Shown here in pieces: positions 42,097 to 52,329 of a DNA stretch of 64,000 bases. Every line of letters starts with the position of its first letter. Within the stretch, counting starts at the first letter, position 1. The position numbers and the translations under genes were made by a program. The stretch is from contig CAWBMP010000004.1 of the NCBI GenBank assembly GCA_963790025.1, positions 1,504,001 through 1,568,000 on the forward strand. The letters are read 5' to 3'. A model generated the notes under the pieces. The model saw only the letters and a list, made by a program, of their open reading frames with translations. It did not search any database and was not told the origin of the DNA. Source of the stretch: Nitrospirota bacterium. GTDB taxonomy: Bacteria; Nitrospirota; Thermodesulfovibrionia; Thermodesulfovibrionales; Dissulfurispiraceae.

Positions 42097-42179
42097 GGCC
42101 GCCATTGATTATAGCTCATGGCAAGTAGCTTATGCCTGGTTCAGCATCTTTAAGCTAATTGCCATGAGCTATGGCGGCC
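42097..42179. repeat. Long intergenic hairpin upstream of rpiB
   Basis: ATAGCTCATGGCAA (42111-42124)/TTGCCATGAGCTAT (42159-42172), outer GGCCGCC/GGCGGCC. Confidence 0.6.
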
Positions 42180-42197
42180 ATTTATGTTTCGGTATTT

Positions 42198-42229
42198 AAA
42201 GGGGTGCAGGCAAGCAATGCGTGCACCCC
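42198..42229 (-). terminator. Probable intrinsic terminator after metF
   Basis: GGGGTGCACGCA/TGCCTGCACCCC stem followed by TTT on the minus strand. Confidence 0.55.
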
Positions 42230-42246
42230 CTCGATTGTGAAGTATT

Positions 42247-43227
42247 CTATGCTTCAGGGAATGTAGGACGGGGTAACAATCCTGCTGCTTTGAGGATCAC
42301 CGGCATGGCGCTCTCCCACTCTATAGCCTGAACATGGACCCCCTTTACACCGGGGATTTCGAGCACCTGCTGGATCAATTCAACCGCAATTTTTATTCCC
42401 TCTGCTTCCTGTGCCTCTTTAGCCTTCTTTTTATCGTCACCCGCGTCATTCTTGGCCTTCATCATCCGATCTATAAGGGGTTTGGGCACGCTTACTCCGG
42501 CCACTGAAGAATCCATGTAACGAAGCATCATTGCAGTCCTGGGGACTATTATTCCACCCAGGATCGCGGTCCGCTCGTGAATCCCGAGGTTTCTGACCTT
42601 CTCCATTTGAGACTTGAACATTTCAACATCATATATGCCCTGGGTCTGGATAAAATCAGCTCCTGCATCGACCTTTTTCTTAAGCCGCTGAGGCCTGAAG
42701 TCCATCGGTTCACCACCGGGAGTGAAGGCCGCCCCGATAAAGAATTTCGGAGCCACTTCGAGTTTGTCTCCGCCCTCCTGAAGACCCTCATCACGCATTT
42801 TCTTGAGAATACCCACCAGTTGTATGGAATCAACATCATAGACATTCTTGGCCCCGGGATGGCCTTTAAGCCTTCCCGCAGCGCTGAAAGACTGATGGTC
42901 GCCGGCAATACACAGACAGTTTTTCAGTCCCAGTGCAGCACCGCCCAGAAGGTCGGCCTGCATGGCAATGCGGTTACGGTCCCTGCAGGTCATCTGCATG
43001 ACCGGTTCAAGCCCTTCTCTCAGGGCCAATACGGCAGCGGCGATGCTCGAAATGCGCACGACAGCGGTCTGGCAGTCGGTGATATTCGCCGCATCACAAT
43101 AGCCTTTAAGCAAATTTGCTTTATGAATCACTTCATGCGGATCAGCACTCATAGGCGGGCCCAATTCTGCCGTTACAGCTGGTTTCCCGCTTGCGATGAC
43201 TTTTTCAAGATTGCTTCCACTCTTCAT
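42247..43227 (-). CDS. metF: Methylenetetrahydrofolate reductase catalytic subunit
   Basis: TAELGPP, QMTCRDRNR..MQ.DL, AGDH, KKVDAGADFIQTQ; ATG at 43227 after GGAGG. Confidence 0.92.
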   Translation of the reverse strand: MKSGSNLEKVIASGKPAVTAELGPPMSADPHEVIHKANLLKGYCDAANITDCQTAVVRISSIAAAVLALREGLEPVMQMTCRDRNRIAMQADLLGGAALGLKNCLCIAGDHQSFSAAGRLKGHPGAKNVYDVDSIQLVGILKKMRDEGLQEGGDKLEVAPKFFIGAAFTPGGEPMDFRPQRLKKKVDAGADFIQTQGIYDVEMFKSQMEKVRNLGIHERTAILGGIIVPRTAMMLRYMDSSVAGVSVPKPLIDRMMKAKNDAGDDKKKAKEAQEAEGIKIAVELIQQVLEIPGVKGVHVQAIEWESAMPVILKAAGLLPRPTFPEA

Positions 43228-43266
43228 CTTCTGTATTCCTCCCGACTGCACCCTTACCCCCTGCTA

Positions 43267-43288
43267 CCCTCCTTTTAGCAAAGGGGGG
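43267..43288. repeat. Short REP-like palindrome between metV and metF
   Basis: CCCTCCTTT-TAGC-AAAGGGGGG. Confidence 0.4.
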
Positions 43289-43315
43289 AAAGGAGGGCTT
43301 AGGGCGCCGCGATTA

Positions 43316-44011
43316 TTATTCCTTTTTCGCTTCCTGCTCTTCCAGGTCCTGAATATGCTCTAGCACTACCCGGCGTGGTCCGCCATCCCTCGCTGTAGAC
43401 CAGTTCCGGGGCTTCTGAATTTCATAAAGCTTCTCCAATGTACCGAGCTGTTTCATCCGTTCCACAATCAAATACCACCCGCAATCGACTTCCTGGCTTA
43501 TTTCGCATTTGCCTTTGTTAGTTCCGCCGCAAGGCCCGTTCATCAGTGTTTTCGAACAGCGGGCGATTGGACAAATTCCACCGGTAAGGTGGAGTATGCA
43601 CTTGCCGCATCCTGCGCACAGCTCTGTAAAAACACCTGCCTGAGGCACTGCCCCGAAAAAAGAGGTGTCTATGCCGGGGTAGACAGGTATGTTGCCGATC
43701 CTTTCAGACAGGAAGTTCACTCCCACGCCGCACGCTGTTGAAAGAACCAGATCATAGGTTTTCACCTCAGCCATGAGAGGCTCAAAATACTCAGGCTCGC
43801 AGTGCCTTTCTACGCCTGCATGCTTGACTTCCATGGGCACGCCTTCCTCGGCGGCCTTTATCCTGATCATGGAAGCAATTATCTCAGCTTCCTTTCCCCC
43901 GCCCGCATGGCAGATCGCAACACACGTGTTACAGCCATATACGAGCACCTTCTTAAAATCTTTTACCATATCCCATATTTCTTCAAAAGGTTTCTGTTTA
44001 CCTACAATCAT
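43316..44011 (-). CDS. metV: Methylene-THF reductase accessory Fe-S/Zn subunit
   Basis: GC..CV..C..GG, ACGVGV, C..CG.C, CP..RC.K...NGPCGG, C.W. Confidence 0.9.
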   Translation of the reverse strand: MIVGKQKPFEEIWDMVKDFKKVLVYGCNTCVAICHAGGGKEAEIIASMIRIKAAEEGVPMEVKHAGVERHCEPEYFEPLMAEVKTYDLVLSTACGVGVNFLSERIGNIPVYPGIDTSFFGAVPQAGVFTELCAGCGKCILHLTGGICPIARCSKTLMNGPCGGTNKGKCEISQEVDCGWYLIVERMKQLGTLEKLYEIQKPRNWSTARDGGPRRVVLEHIQDLEEQEAKKE

Positions 44012-44526
44012 TCCTGCTCACTCCTTTTTGACCCGTTCCGTTTGCATACGGCAAACCAGACAGGGGATGGACCGAGGGTACGGACTCTCTCGGTGAAATC
44101 TGTGCAGATCTCAGCCCATCGTGGCCCCATGGCCGCTGACAGGTTGAACATTTCCAAACGTGCAGGATCAATGCCCAATTTGGACAATAGACTTTTTAAG
44201 TACTTGATTCTTCTTGCCGCATACGTATTACCTTCCAGGTAATGACATTGTCCCTGTAGTCAACCGGCTACAAAGACACCGTCCACCCCGCGTTCAAATG
44301 CCCTGAGCACATGAATGTAGTCCAGCTTTCCGGTGCATGGAAGGCGGAGTACTTTCACATTCGAGGGGTATGAAAGTCGCATGACCCCGGCAAGGTCCGC
44401 TGCGGCGAAAGCACAGTAATGGCAGGCGAAAGCCAGAACATTCGGCTCCCAATCCTGAGGGATATCGCGAGGTTTCTCAACCGATGAACGCTCGCCATGC
44501 TCTGCCGACTCTGCGAGTTTATCCAT
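44008..44526 (-). CDS. mvhD: Hydrogenase Fe-S subunit MvhD, selenoprotein (UGA at 44260-44262 read as Sec), 172 aa
   Basis: C.YC...AADLAG, LPCTGK, DGVFVAG-U-LQGQCHYLEGN; frame continues to a TGA overlapping the metV ATG; SECIS-like hairpin; selA in window. Confidence 0.92.
44227..44243 (-). promoter_or_regulatory. Bacterial SECIS-like hairpin of mvhD
   Basis: AUUACC-UGGAA-GGUAAU starting 17 nt after the UGA. Confidence 0.7.
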
Positions 44527-44582
44527 TATTCAATCCTCCTCTATTAGCTTCTACCACAAAAATCTTCGATTAGTTTCCGTTG

Positions 44583-47500
44583 TTATGCCTTTGCAGCGTC
44601 GCATGTGACTGCCTCATCGATCATTGCCAATATCTGGTCATCCCGGAAATTGTTGACCTGGAATGCCTTGGCAGGACAAATGGCCGCGCAAATCCCGCAT
44701 CCATGACATTTGACTTCATTATGAGCGATCTTGCCGTCTTCGCCGATATACGGAGAACCAAAAGGACACACCCTGAAGCAACTCAGACATGACATGCAGA
44801 GGTCCTTTCTATGCTTGGCAATGATGCCCGAAACCGCCAGTCGATCGTGGGACAGCACAACCCCGGCGCGGCCTGCCGCAGCCAATGCCTGGGTAATAGT
44901 TTCATCCAGGTTCTTGGGGGCATGCGCAAGGCCGGCAACAAAGAGACCCTCACTCGGGAAATCGACAGGACGGAGCTTCACATGCGCCTCAAGGAAATAA
45001 CCATCGGGGTTGCGGGTAACCTTGTACATCTCTCCAACCTTATCGGTCGTCGGGTGCGGCCTCAGCCCTGTTGAAAGGACCACCCAATCCGCATCCAGGA
45101 GCAGTTCTCTATTCAGCATATAATCCCATGTTTTGACGGTGAGATTGCTTCCGGATTTTACAACCTCCGGCTTCCTGTCGACATCGTATCTCACGAAGAG
45201 GACGCCAAGATCACGGGCCTTCCTGTAATAATCTTCGCGCAGACCATAGGTGCGGATATCCCTGTAAAGTATCACCACTTGCGCGGAAGGGTCCTTTTCT
45301 TTTATCGCAACGGCGTTTTTAACAGCATCCTGGCAGCATATGCGCGAACAGTACTGATGGGGTTCTTCACGCGAGCCCACACACTGGATCATCACATAGC
45401 GGCTTCCCGCTCTCTGCACGTCACCTGCAGAAAGTTTTTTCTCAAGCTCCCTCTGCGTGATCACCTGTTCGCTTTCTTTGTATAAGTATTCGGTAGGTTC
45501 ATATTCAATACCGCCGGTAGCAAGGACAATTGCGCCGTGATCGAATGTGCTGCCGTTGGTGAGCATTGTCTTGAAATTACCCACAAACCCCTCGGTGTTC
45601 TTCACTTCCGCACCGGTGTACACCTTGATCTTAGGATGGCCCAGGACTTCTGCAATCCTCGATTTTAGGAACTCCTGGACGTCATTACCCTCCAGGGTAC
45701 GATAAAGATTCCTCACCAAACCGCCCAACTCTTTTTCCTTTTCGACAATATGCACATCGAAGCCCTGATTTGCCAGCGAAAGCGCGGTAGTCATGCCCGC
45801 AACCCCGCCGCCAATAACCAGGCATACAGGGGTCACTCCGACGGTATCGGTCTGGATAGGCTCCTGCAGGCGGGATTTGGCAATCGCCATCTTGACGATC
45901 TGTATTGCCTTTTTTGTCGCTTCCGGTTTATGCCCCATGTGACACCACGAGCATTGTTCACGAATGTCAGCAAGGTCGAAAAGATACTTATTGAGCCCGG
46001 CATCACGGATAGTCTCCTGGAATAATGGTTCATGGGTCCTGGGTGTGCAGGAAGCAACAACAACGCGGTTCAGGTTATGCTCCTTCACCATCTGCTTGAG
46101 CATTTCCTGGTTATCCTGGGAGCAGGCATAAAGGGTGTTAGTAGCAAAGGCAACGCCGGGAAGATCCTTTACCGCTTCGACAACCTTGTCAACCTCCACT
46201 GTTGAAGCTATGTTGATTCCGCAATGGCAGACAAAAACGCCTATCCTCGGCGCCTCACCGGTCAAATCTTTTTCAGGGGGCAGCTCCTTTTTTATAGTTT
46301 CGGTCCCGCGTGCCTCTCCCAAAAGGGCCATTGCCTCTCCTGCCACGGCGCTGCCCTGCATGACAGTATCAGGAATGTCCTTCGGGCCCTGGTAGGTGCC
46401 GGTGACAAACATTCCTTCACGTGATGTTTCAACCGGCTGAAGCGGGGACGTTTTGGCAAAAAGATACTGGTTGGTCTCGATTCCGAATATTTTGGCAAAT
46501 GCTGCGGCGTCGTCGCGCGGCTGGAAGCCGACGGACAGGACCACCATTTCAAAGGTCTCATCAATAAGAGTGCCGTCTTCCGCTGCATAGCGCAGGACAA
46601 GGTCTCCGGAACCCGGATCTTCCCGGACAGAGGAGATCATAGCGCGCTGGTAACGCACGCTATATTGGCCCTTTGCCCGCTCAACGTATTTGTCAAAGTC
46701 CTTTCCAAATGCCCTCATGTCCATATAGAAAATAGTCGGCTCTATATGTTTGTCATGCTCTTTGGCGATGATCGACTGTTTTGTCGCATACATGCAGCAG
46801 ACCGACGAGCACCAGGGGTTTGCATTGTGCGGGTCCCTGGAGCCGACACACTGGATCCATGCAACTTTCTTTGGATGTTTCCCGTCAGAGGGCCTCTTCA
46901 CTTCACCCTTAAACGGACCTGACGCTGAAAGGATACGCTCAAACTGGATGGCCGTTACGACATTCGGCCAGCGGCCCAGACCAAGTTCGCCCCTGACTTT
47001 TGCATCATAACGATCGAGACCCGGCGCAAGGATTATGGAACCGACATTAACTTCGATTTCCTGCCCCTTGTCCTCATAATTAATGGCCCCGATCTTACAG
47101 GTCTTTTCACATTTCTTGCAAACGTCCTTTTTAGCGCCTTTCTTGCGACTTGTGAGATAAAGACAATACCGGTCGTCAATAGCTCTCGTGTTGGGAACGG
47201 CCTGTGGAAACAGCGAGTAAATGGCCTTGCGCTTGCCAAGCCCCTGATCGAACTCGCTCGGTACCTTTTTGGGGCATTCCGCTTCACACTCACCGCAACC
47301 CGTGCATTTGGCAGGATCGACATACCGCGGGGCAAGCCTGATCTTTGCTTTGTAATTCCCGGCTTCACCCTCGACGGACACGACTTCGGCCAAAGTATGA
47401 ATATCAATATTGAGGTGTCTGCCCACCTCCACCATTTTAGGCGAAATCATGCACATAGAACAGTCGCCTGTAGGAAAGGTCTTGTCGAGCATAACCATGG

Positions 47501-47642
47501 TGCCGCCGATAGAAGGGTCCTTTTGAACCATGTGTACTTTAAACCCACTGTCGGCAAGGTCGAGTGCTGCCTGCATACCGCCAATGCCGCCGCCGACTAC
47601 CAGTACTGATCCTTTTTTATTTGAAGACAGTTTATCGTTCAT
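44583..47642 (-). CDS. hdrA: Heterodisulfide reductase subunit A-like flavoprotein, large form with two FAD modules
   Basis: GGGIGG, LDKTFPT.DC..C, WIQCVGSR, CSSVCC, GVFVCHCG.NI, ASCTPRTHE, second GGGVAG, ferredoxin motifs. Confidence 0.93.
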   Translation of the reverse strand: MNDKLSSNKKGSVLVVGGGIGGMQAALDLADSGFKVHMVQKDPSIGGTMVMLDKTFPTGDCSMCMISPKMVEVGRHLNIDIHTLAEVVSVEGEAGNYKAKIRLAPRYVDPAKCTGCGECEAECPKKVPSEFDQGLGKRKAIYSLFPQAVPNTRAIDDRYCLYLTSRKKGAKKDVCKKCEKTCKIGAINYEDKGQEIEVNVGSIILAPGLDRYDAKVRGELGLGRWPNVVTAIQFERILSASGPFKGEVKRPSDGKHPKKVAWIQCVGSRDPHNANPWCSSVCCMYATKQSIIAKEHDKHIEPTIFYMDMRAFGKDFDKYVERAKGQYSVRYQRAMISSVREDPGSGDLVLRYAAEDGTLIDETFEMVVLSVGFQPRDDAAAFAKIFGIETNQYLFAKTSPLQPVETSREGMFVTGTYQGPKDIPDTVMQGSAVAGEAMALLGEARGTETIKKELPPEKDLTGEAPRIGVFVCHCGINIASTVEVDKVVEAVKDLPGVAFATNTLYACSQDNQEMLKQMVKEHNLNRVVVASCTPRTHEPLFQETIRDAGLNKYLFDLADIREQCSWCHMGHKPEATKKAIQIVKMAIAKSRLQEPIQTDTVGVTPVCLVIGGGVAGMTTALSLANQGFDVHIVEKEKELGGLVRNLYRTLEGNDVQEFLKSRIAEVLGHPKIKVYTGAEVKNTEGFVGNFKTMLTNGSTFDHGAIVLATGGIEYEPTEYLYKESEQVITQRELEKKLSAGDVQRAGSRYVMIQCVGSREEPHQYCSRICCQDAVKNAVAIKEKDPSAQVVILYRDIRTYGLREDYYRKARDLGVLFVRYDVDRKPEVVKSGSNLTVKTWDYMLNRELLLDADWVVLSTGLRPHPTTDKVGEMYKVTRNPDGYFLEAHVKLRPVDFPSEGLFVAGLAHAPKNLDETITQALAAAGRAGVVLSHDRLAVSGIIAKHRKDLCMSCLSCFRVCPFGSPYIGEDGKIAHNEVKCHGCGICAAICPAKAFQVNNFRDDQILAMIDEAVTCDAAKA

Positions 47643-48514
47643 AGTAAATTCAATCCTCTCAAAAGTGCTGTCGCTTCTATAAAATGCCTGTCGATCTGCA
47701 GCTCGGCGGCACTGATGCCCATTGAGACCCCGATTAGTTCGGTTATAAAGTAAACAGGCAACCTCTCAGTTATCCCGAGCTTCTGCCCCGCCTCATTCTG
47801 ATAGGCGTCCATATTCATCTGGCACATAGGGCACGTGGTGACGATACAATTCGCCCCTCGTGCTACAGCGTCCTTCAGTATCCTGGACATTAGATTGAGC
47901 GAGATATTGGCGTCATTGACCGAGGCCGATGCGCCGCAACAATCTGTCTTATAACCCCAATCAATGGCCTGAGCTCCAAGCGCTTTGCAGACGATCTCCA
48001 TCCCCTGCGGATTTTCAACGTTATCCCAAACCGGGACGTCCATCGGATAGCGCGTCTGCAGACAGCCGTAATAGCAGGCCGGCTTCAATCCTTCAAGCTT
48101 TTTTGGCGCCTTTGAACTGATCGCTCCGGATTGCGCCTGCCCGACCAGAAGATCGAGAATGGACAAAAGCTTGATCTTTCCCTGCACTTTATCGGAAAGT
48201 TCAGCGTTGATCTTTTCTCTTAAATCCTTATCACCTTCAAGCGTCTTCTGAGCAAGTAGCGTGCGGCTGTAACAGGAAGCACACGGTATCATCATCTCCG
48301 CATAACCGCTCGCATCAGCGATGCCCAGATTCCGGGCCGGCAGGGCTGTCGCCAGAAAGTCGTTGGTCTTCGCAGCGGAAGTTGCGCCGCAGCAGTTCCA
48401 ATCCACGATTTCCTTGAGGTCCACACCAAGCCTCCCTAACACAGCCTTGCATTGAACATCATAAAGCGCGCTGGAGGCATGGAGTGAACATCCAGGATAA
48501 TATGCTATTTCCAT
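47639..48514 (-). CDS. hdrB: Heterodisulfide reductase subunit B
   Basis: YYPGCSL, WNCCG, YYGC, CCG, CPMCQ.N.D. Confidence 0.92.
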   Translation of the reverse strand: MEIAYYPGCSLHASSALYDVQCKAVLGRLGVDLKEIVDWNCCGATSAAKTNDFLATALPARNLGIADASGYAEMMIPCASCYSRTLLAQKTLEGDKDLREKINAELSDKVQGKIKLLSILDLLVGQAQSGAISSKAPKKLEGLKPACYYGCLQTRYPMDVPVWDNVENPQGMEIVCKALGAQAIDWGYKTDCCGASASVNDANISLNLMSRILKDAVARGANCIVTTCPMCQMNMDAYQNEAGQKLGITERLPVYFITELIGVSMGISAAELQIDRHFIEATALLRGLNLL

Positions 48515-48556
48515 AATATTACCTCTTTGATAAAACGGTTTCGTAAAAAGTCCATT

Positions 48557-49162
48557 TTATTTTTCTGTACTTTTCTTATACAGGTGTTTCACTTCGGACA
48601 GGCCTTTAATCTTTTCCATGCCGAAATGCATTCTCTTGAGCTTCATCATTGTTTTCCCAAGCCGGGACTGGTTCTTCAGTTCTTCGATAACAGCCTTTAA
48701 TCCTCCGCCCCCGCGAAATTCGTCTTTGGCATTCTTGAATTCATACATGCCCATAAATTCAAGCTCGTTCAGCCGCCCAAAATGTGAGGCCGAGGTAAGG
48801 AAAGAGCTGTGGAAATTAGCAACCTTAGGGGCCAAAGGTTTAAGGTGTGCCTCTTTCACCATCTGCTTGAGGGACTCAGTGATCCGTGCAGTATGTATGT
48901 TATTGGGACAACGTGTACCGCATGTGTAACAGGCCACACATTGCCAGACAAGCTGGTTATTCATAGCACCATCCCTGTCGCCCATAACTATCATACGGAT
49001 CAGGCGATCAGGGGTCACACCCGTCACATCGCCAACAGGACATCCCGCCGCACAACGGCGGCATTGGTAACAGGCATTAAGATTCTGGCCCGAACGCTCC
49101 ATGACTTCCTGCAGCAGAGACTTTGAGATATCGGCTTTATATTTCAGTGTTGTGGATGGCAT
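48557..49162 (-). CDS. hdrC: Heterodisulfide reductase subunit C
   Basis: CYQCRRCAAGCP and WQCVACYTCGTRCP. Confidence 0.9.
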   Translation of the reverse strand: MPSTTLKYKADISKSLLQEVMERSGQNLNACYQCRRCAAGCPVGDVTGVTPDRLIRMIVMGDRDGAMNNQLVWQCVACYTCGTRCPNNIHTARITESLKQMVKEAHLKPLAPKVANFHSSFLTSASHFGRLNELEFMGMYEFKNAKDEFRGGGGLKAVIEELKNQSRLGKTMMKLKRMHFGMEKIKGLSEVKHLYKKSTEK

Positions 49163-49240
49163 AGAACAGCTCCTTACGAAAGCTAAAAATTTTGAGTTGC
49201 TCTTCTAATATAACATTCACTATTTCGTTTTATCAATAAC

Positions 49241-49272
49241 GGGGAGGGTACAAATTAATCTGTGCCCTCCCC
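49241..49272 (-). terminator. Hairpin after folD
   Basis: GGGGAGGGCACA/TGTACCCTCCCC stem; weak U tract. Confidence 0.5.
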
Positions 49273-49287
49273 TGAAAAGACAATTTA

Positions 49288-50199
49288 TTATATCGGTAAT
49301 CCGGCATGCAATTTCGCAGACGTGACCGTGTTTTTCATGAGCATTGTAATGGTCATCGGTCCTACGCCACCCGGCACCGGTGTTATGGCGCCCGCAATTT
49401 CCTTGGCAGCATCAAAGTCGACATCTCCCTTGAGTATCGGTATCGGCTTGCCCGTTTTAGCGCTGATCTTTTCGCCGACACGGTTAACACCCACATCGAT
49501 AACACAAGCTCCTGGCTTTATCCATTCAGGCTTCACAAGGCCGGGCACGCCTGCGGCGACAATAAGAATGTCAGCGCGTTTGCAATGAGCGTCGAGGTTC
49601 TTCGTGCCGGTGTGGACAACTGTGACAGTAGCATTAGCGCCCCTGCCCTTCTGAAGCATGATGTTGGCTATGGGTTTGCCGACTATATTTGACCGGCCAA
49701 CAACCACAACCTCGGCACCCGAGGTTTCGTAGCCGGCACGAACTATCAACTCCTGTATGCCTGCAGGCGTGCAGGGCAGAAACTTCGCCTCTTTTCCGCC
49801 GATCATAAGGCGTCCGACATTAACCGGATGGAATGCGTCAACATCCTTGTCGGGATCGATGGCATTGAGGACCTTCTTCTCATCTATATGCTTGGGAATG
49901 GGTAGTTGGACCAGGATACCGTGTATCTTGGGGTCCTTGTTGTACTTGTCAACGAGCTTGAGGAGGTCCTCTTCGGACAGTGTATCGGGCTGGCTGTCCT
50001 GGATAGAATAAAAGCCAAGCTCATGTGCGGTTTTCCCTTTGGCTGTTACATAGCTGACAGAGGCCGGGTTCTGGCCCACCAGGATGGTAACCAGTCCGGG
50101 AACAATACCCTTCTCGGCTTTCAGCTTGTCAACTTCCTTCTTAAGCTCCTCTCTGATCTGTGCCGCCACTTCTGTGCCACTAATAATCTTTGCAGACAT
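49288..50199 (-). CDS. folD: Methylene-THF dehydrogenase/cyclohydrolase
   Basis: GILVQLP, KDVD.FHP.N.G, PCTP, GRSNIVGKP, TPVPGGVGPMT. Confidence 0.97.
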   Translation of the reverse strand: MSAKIISGTEVAAQIREELKKEVDKLKAEKGIVPGLVTILVGQNPASVSYVTAKGKTAHELGFYSIQDSQPDTLSEEDLLKLVDKYNKDPKIHGILVQLPIPKHIDEKKVLNAIDPDKDVDAFHPVNVGRLMIGGKEAKFLPCTPAGIQELIVRAGYETSGAEVVVVGRSNIVGKPIANIMLQKGRGANATVTVVHTGTKNLDAHCKRADILIVAAGVPGLVKPEWIKPGACVIDVGVNRVGEKISAKTGKPIPILKGDVDFDAAKEIAGAITPVPGGVGPMTITMLMKNTVTSAKLHAGLPI

Positions 50200-50212
50200 A
50201 ATAACCTCCCTT

Positions 50213-50773
50213 TTAGTAGTTCTTCTTTATAAGTTGCAGCATTTCTTCTCTTGTGCTCTGCTTTGTTCTGAAGTTTCCCCTGACCGCTGACGTTATGGTC
50301 CTTGATCCAGGCTTCTTGATACCCCTCATGCTCATGCAAAGATGCTCAGCATCTATGACCACCATGCAGCCTTTGGGTTTCAACTTGTTCATCAGCATAT
50401 CCGCCAGCTGTGCCGTAAGCCGCTCCTGGACCTGGGGCCTTTTTGCAAGATGCTCAAGCGCTCTGGGCAATTCGTTGAGCCCCACTATTTTGCCTGAAGG
50501 AATGTAAGCTATGTGTGCCTTTCCAAAAAACGGCAAAAGGTGGTGTTCACAGACGGAATAGAACGGTATGTCCTTCAGCAAAACCATTTCGTCGTGGCTT
50601 TCACCCTCTATCGGCTTCAGCAGGTCATCTGCGGGTGTTTCGAGTCCTGCGAATATCTCGGCAAACATTTTTGCCACCCGGTCAGGTGTAGACTTGAGCC
50701 CAGGCCTGGTAGTGTCCTCGCCTATGCCTTCAAGGACTAATTTGATGCCCTGGCTGATCTTTTTATTGTCCAT
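50213..50773 (-). CDS. folE: GTP cyclohydrolase I
   Basis: [29 protein letters not shown]. Confidence 0.96.
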   Translation of the reverse strand: MDNKKISQGIKLVLEGIGEDTTRPGLKSTPDRVAKMFAEIFAGLETPADDLLKPIEGESHDEMVLLKDIPFYSVCEHHLLPFFGKAHIAYIPSGKIVGLNELPRALEHLAKRPQVQERLTAQLADMLMNKLKPKGCMVVIDAEHLCMSMRGIKKPGSRTITSAVRGNFRTKQSTREEMLQLIKKNY

Positions 50774-51347
50774 GGCAGTGTATAATTTTTTTGTCGGTAA
50801 TGATTTTGTCCATTTTAATATCGTGTGTATCTGCTGGAATGTCCTTCAGTACCTGTTCTTCATACGCCAGTGCGATGGCTGGGGCATTTTTCCGCGATAG
50901 TAGCTTATCATAAAAGCCTTTTCCGTATCCCAACCGGTTACACTGCTCATCAAAGGCTACGCCGGGGATAATCATCAAGCCGATGTCGGCTGCTTTTACT
51001 CTCCTGTCTTCAATAGCAGGGGGTTCGAGAATACCGAAATAGCCGCGGGCAAGATCATCCATAGAGCGTATCATATAGAGCACCAACCCGTCATTTTGCA
51101 CATCAACCCTGGGGAGGACAACTGTTTTTTTGTTGAGTAAGCTTTGCTTTATTATTTCGAAGGTATCAACTTCGCTTCTGAACGAAGCGTATAAAAGGAT
51201 GGTCCGCGCCGCAATAAATTCCGGTAGTGTCAGCAACCGCATTCTGATGCTTTCATCTTTTGCTTTCCTGACCTCACTGATGAGCAAGTCACGGAGGGAA
51301 AGAACTTCTTTTCTTATAGTGGGCTTTTCTTTGAGGGCGGTGGCCAC
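50763..51347 (-). CDS. 5-formyltetrahydrofolate cyclo-ligase
   Basis: EVDT, GILEP, PGVAFD...[13 protein letters not shown]. Confidence 0.93.
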   Translation of the reverse strand: MATALKEKPTIRKEVLSLRDLLISEVRKAKDESIRMRLLTLPEFIAARTILLYASFRSEVDTFEIIKQSLLNKKTVVLPRVDVQNDGLVLYMIRSMDDLARGYFGILEPPAIEDRRVKAADIGLMIIPGVAFDEQCNRLGYGKGFYDKLLSRKNAPAIALAYEEQVLKDIPADTHDIKMDKIITDKKIIHCHGQ

Positions 51348-51351
51348 GTGC

Positions 51352-52137
51352 TTACGCCCGGTCCTCAGTTAAGGAGCCCTCAAGGCGCTCCATGATCTGC
51401 TTTATATCTTCAACGATGTCGGGGACCTCAAAGGGCGATATGCCTCGCACATCGGCATCCATTACAGATTGTCTGAATTTCATTGCGCCCAATAATTCCA
51501 TTCCCTTAAGATGGTCCTTTATGAATTGCACATCGGAATCATTTCTAACCTTGTTAGCCACGACAAAAACTTTCTTCACTCCGAGCCCTTTCGCCAGCTC
51601 TCTGACAGTTGCAGCAGTCTGGATGCTTCTTTGCCCGGGCTCGACCACAACAATAAATGCGTCAACAGACTCTGCTGTGCCCCTCGTGAGGTGTTCTATT
51701 CCTGCTTCCATGTCAACGATGATCACCTCATCTCTTTCAACGATAAGGTGCTTGAGAAGCCTTCTTAAAAAAACATGTTCCGGACAGTAGCAGCCTGCGG
51801 CTGCTGCTTTTGATTTCCCCATTATAAGAAGCGATATATTGCCGATCCGGAAACCAAAATCTTCAGGCAGGTCGTCGACACGAGGATTTATCTTGAACAT
51901 GCCCCCACTCGTACCGGGTTTTGCACCTGTCCTCTCTTCAATGAGTTCAGCCATCTCAGCAATCGGCTTCAGCTTTTCGATATCGGCAAGTCCGATTCCA
52001 AGGGCCTGTGCCAGATTGGCATCAGGGTCTGCGTCAACAGCAATCACTCTCTTTCCGCTCGAAGCAAAAAGATGGCTCAAAACAGCAGAAAGTGTTGTTT
52101 TCCCAACTCCGCCTTTACCTGTAACTGCTACTTTCAT
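51352..52137 (-). CDS. cooC: CO dehydrogenase/ACS nickel-insertion ATPase (CooC/AcsF)
   Basis: GKGGVGKTT, DADPD.NL, GCYCP, DMEAGIEHL.RGT. Confidence 0.92.
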   Translation of the reverse strand: MKVAVTGKGGVGKTTLSAVLSHLFASSGKRVIAVDADPDANLAQALGIGLADIEKLKPIAEMAELIEERTGAKPGTSGGMFKINPRVDDLPEDFGFRIGNISLLIMGKSKAAAAGCYCPEHVFLRRLLKHLIVERDEVIIVDMEAGIEHLTRGTAESVDAFIVVVEPGQRSIQTAATVRELAKGLGVKKVFVVANKVRNDSDVQFIKDHLKGMELLGAMKFRQSVMDADVRGISPFEVPDIVEDIKQIMERLEGSLTEDRA

Positions 52138-52329
52138 GAGTTTAGTAACATAACATATTCAACAGCGCAATGAAAGCTTTTTTTTTACTTTTTTATAGGA
52201 GCTATAAGTCCCAATTAAACAGGCCCTTTTGCCCATTCAGCTATGTTATTGCGGAATCAGCGGCAAAAGGGTAAAATAGTTTACGTTTTAAGGCCAAATA
52301 CCTATTAGATAGTTGAGGTTGTAACAGAA

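Noticed and set aside
48534..48556. ACGGTTTCGTAAAAAGTCC between hdrC and hdrB, resembling a MITE end
   Set aside because: Only one arm is present and no partner repeat was found in the window
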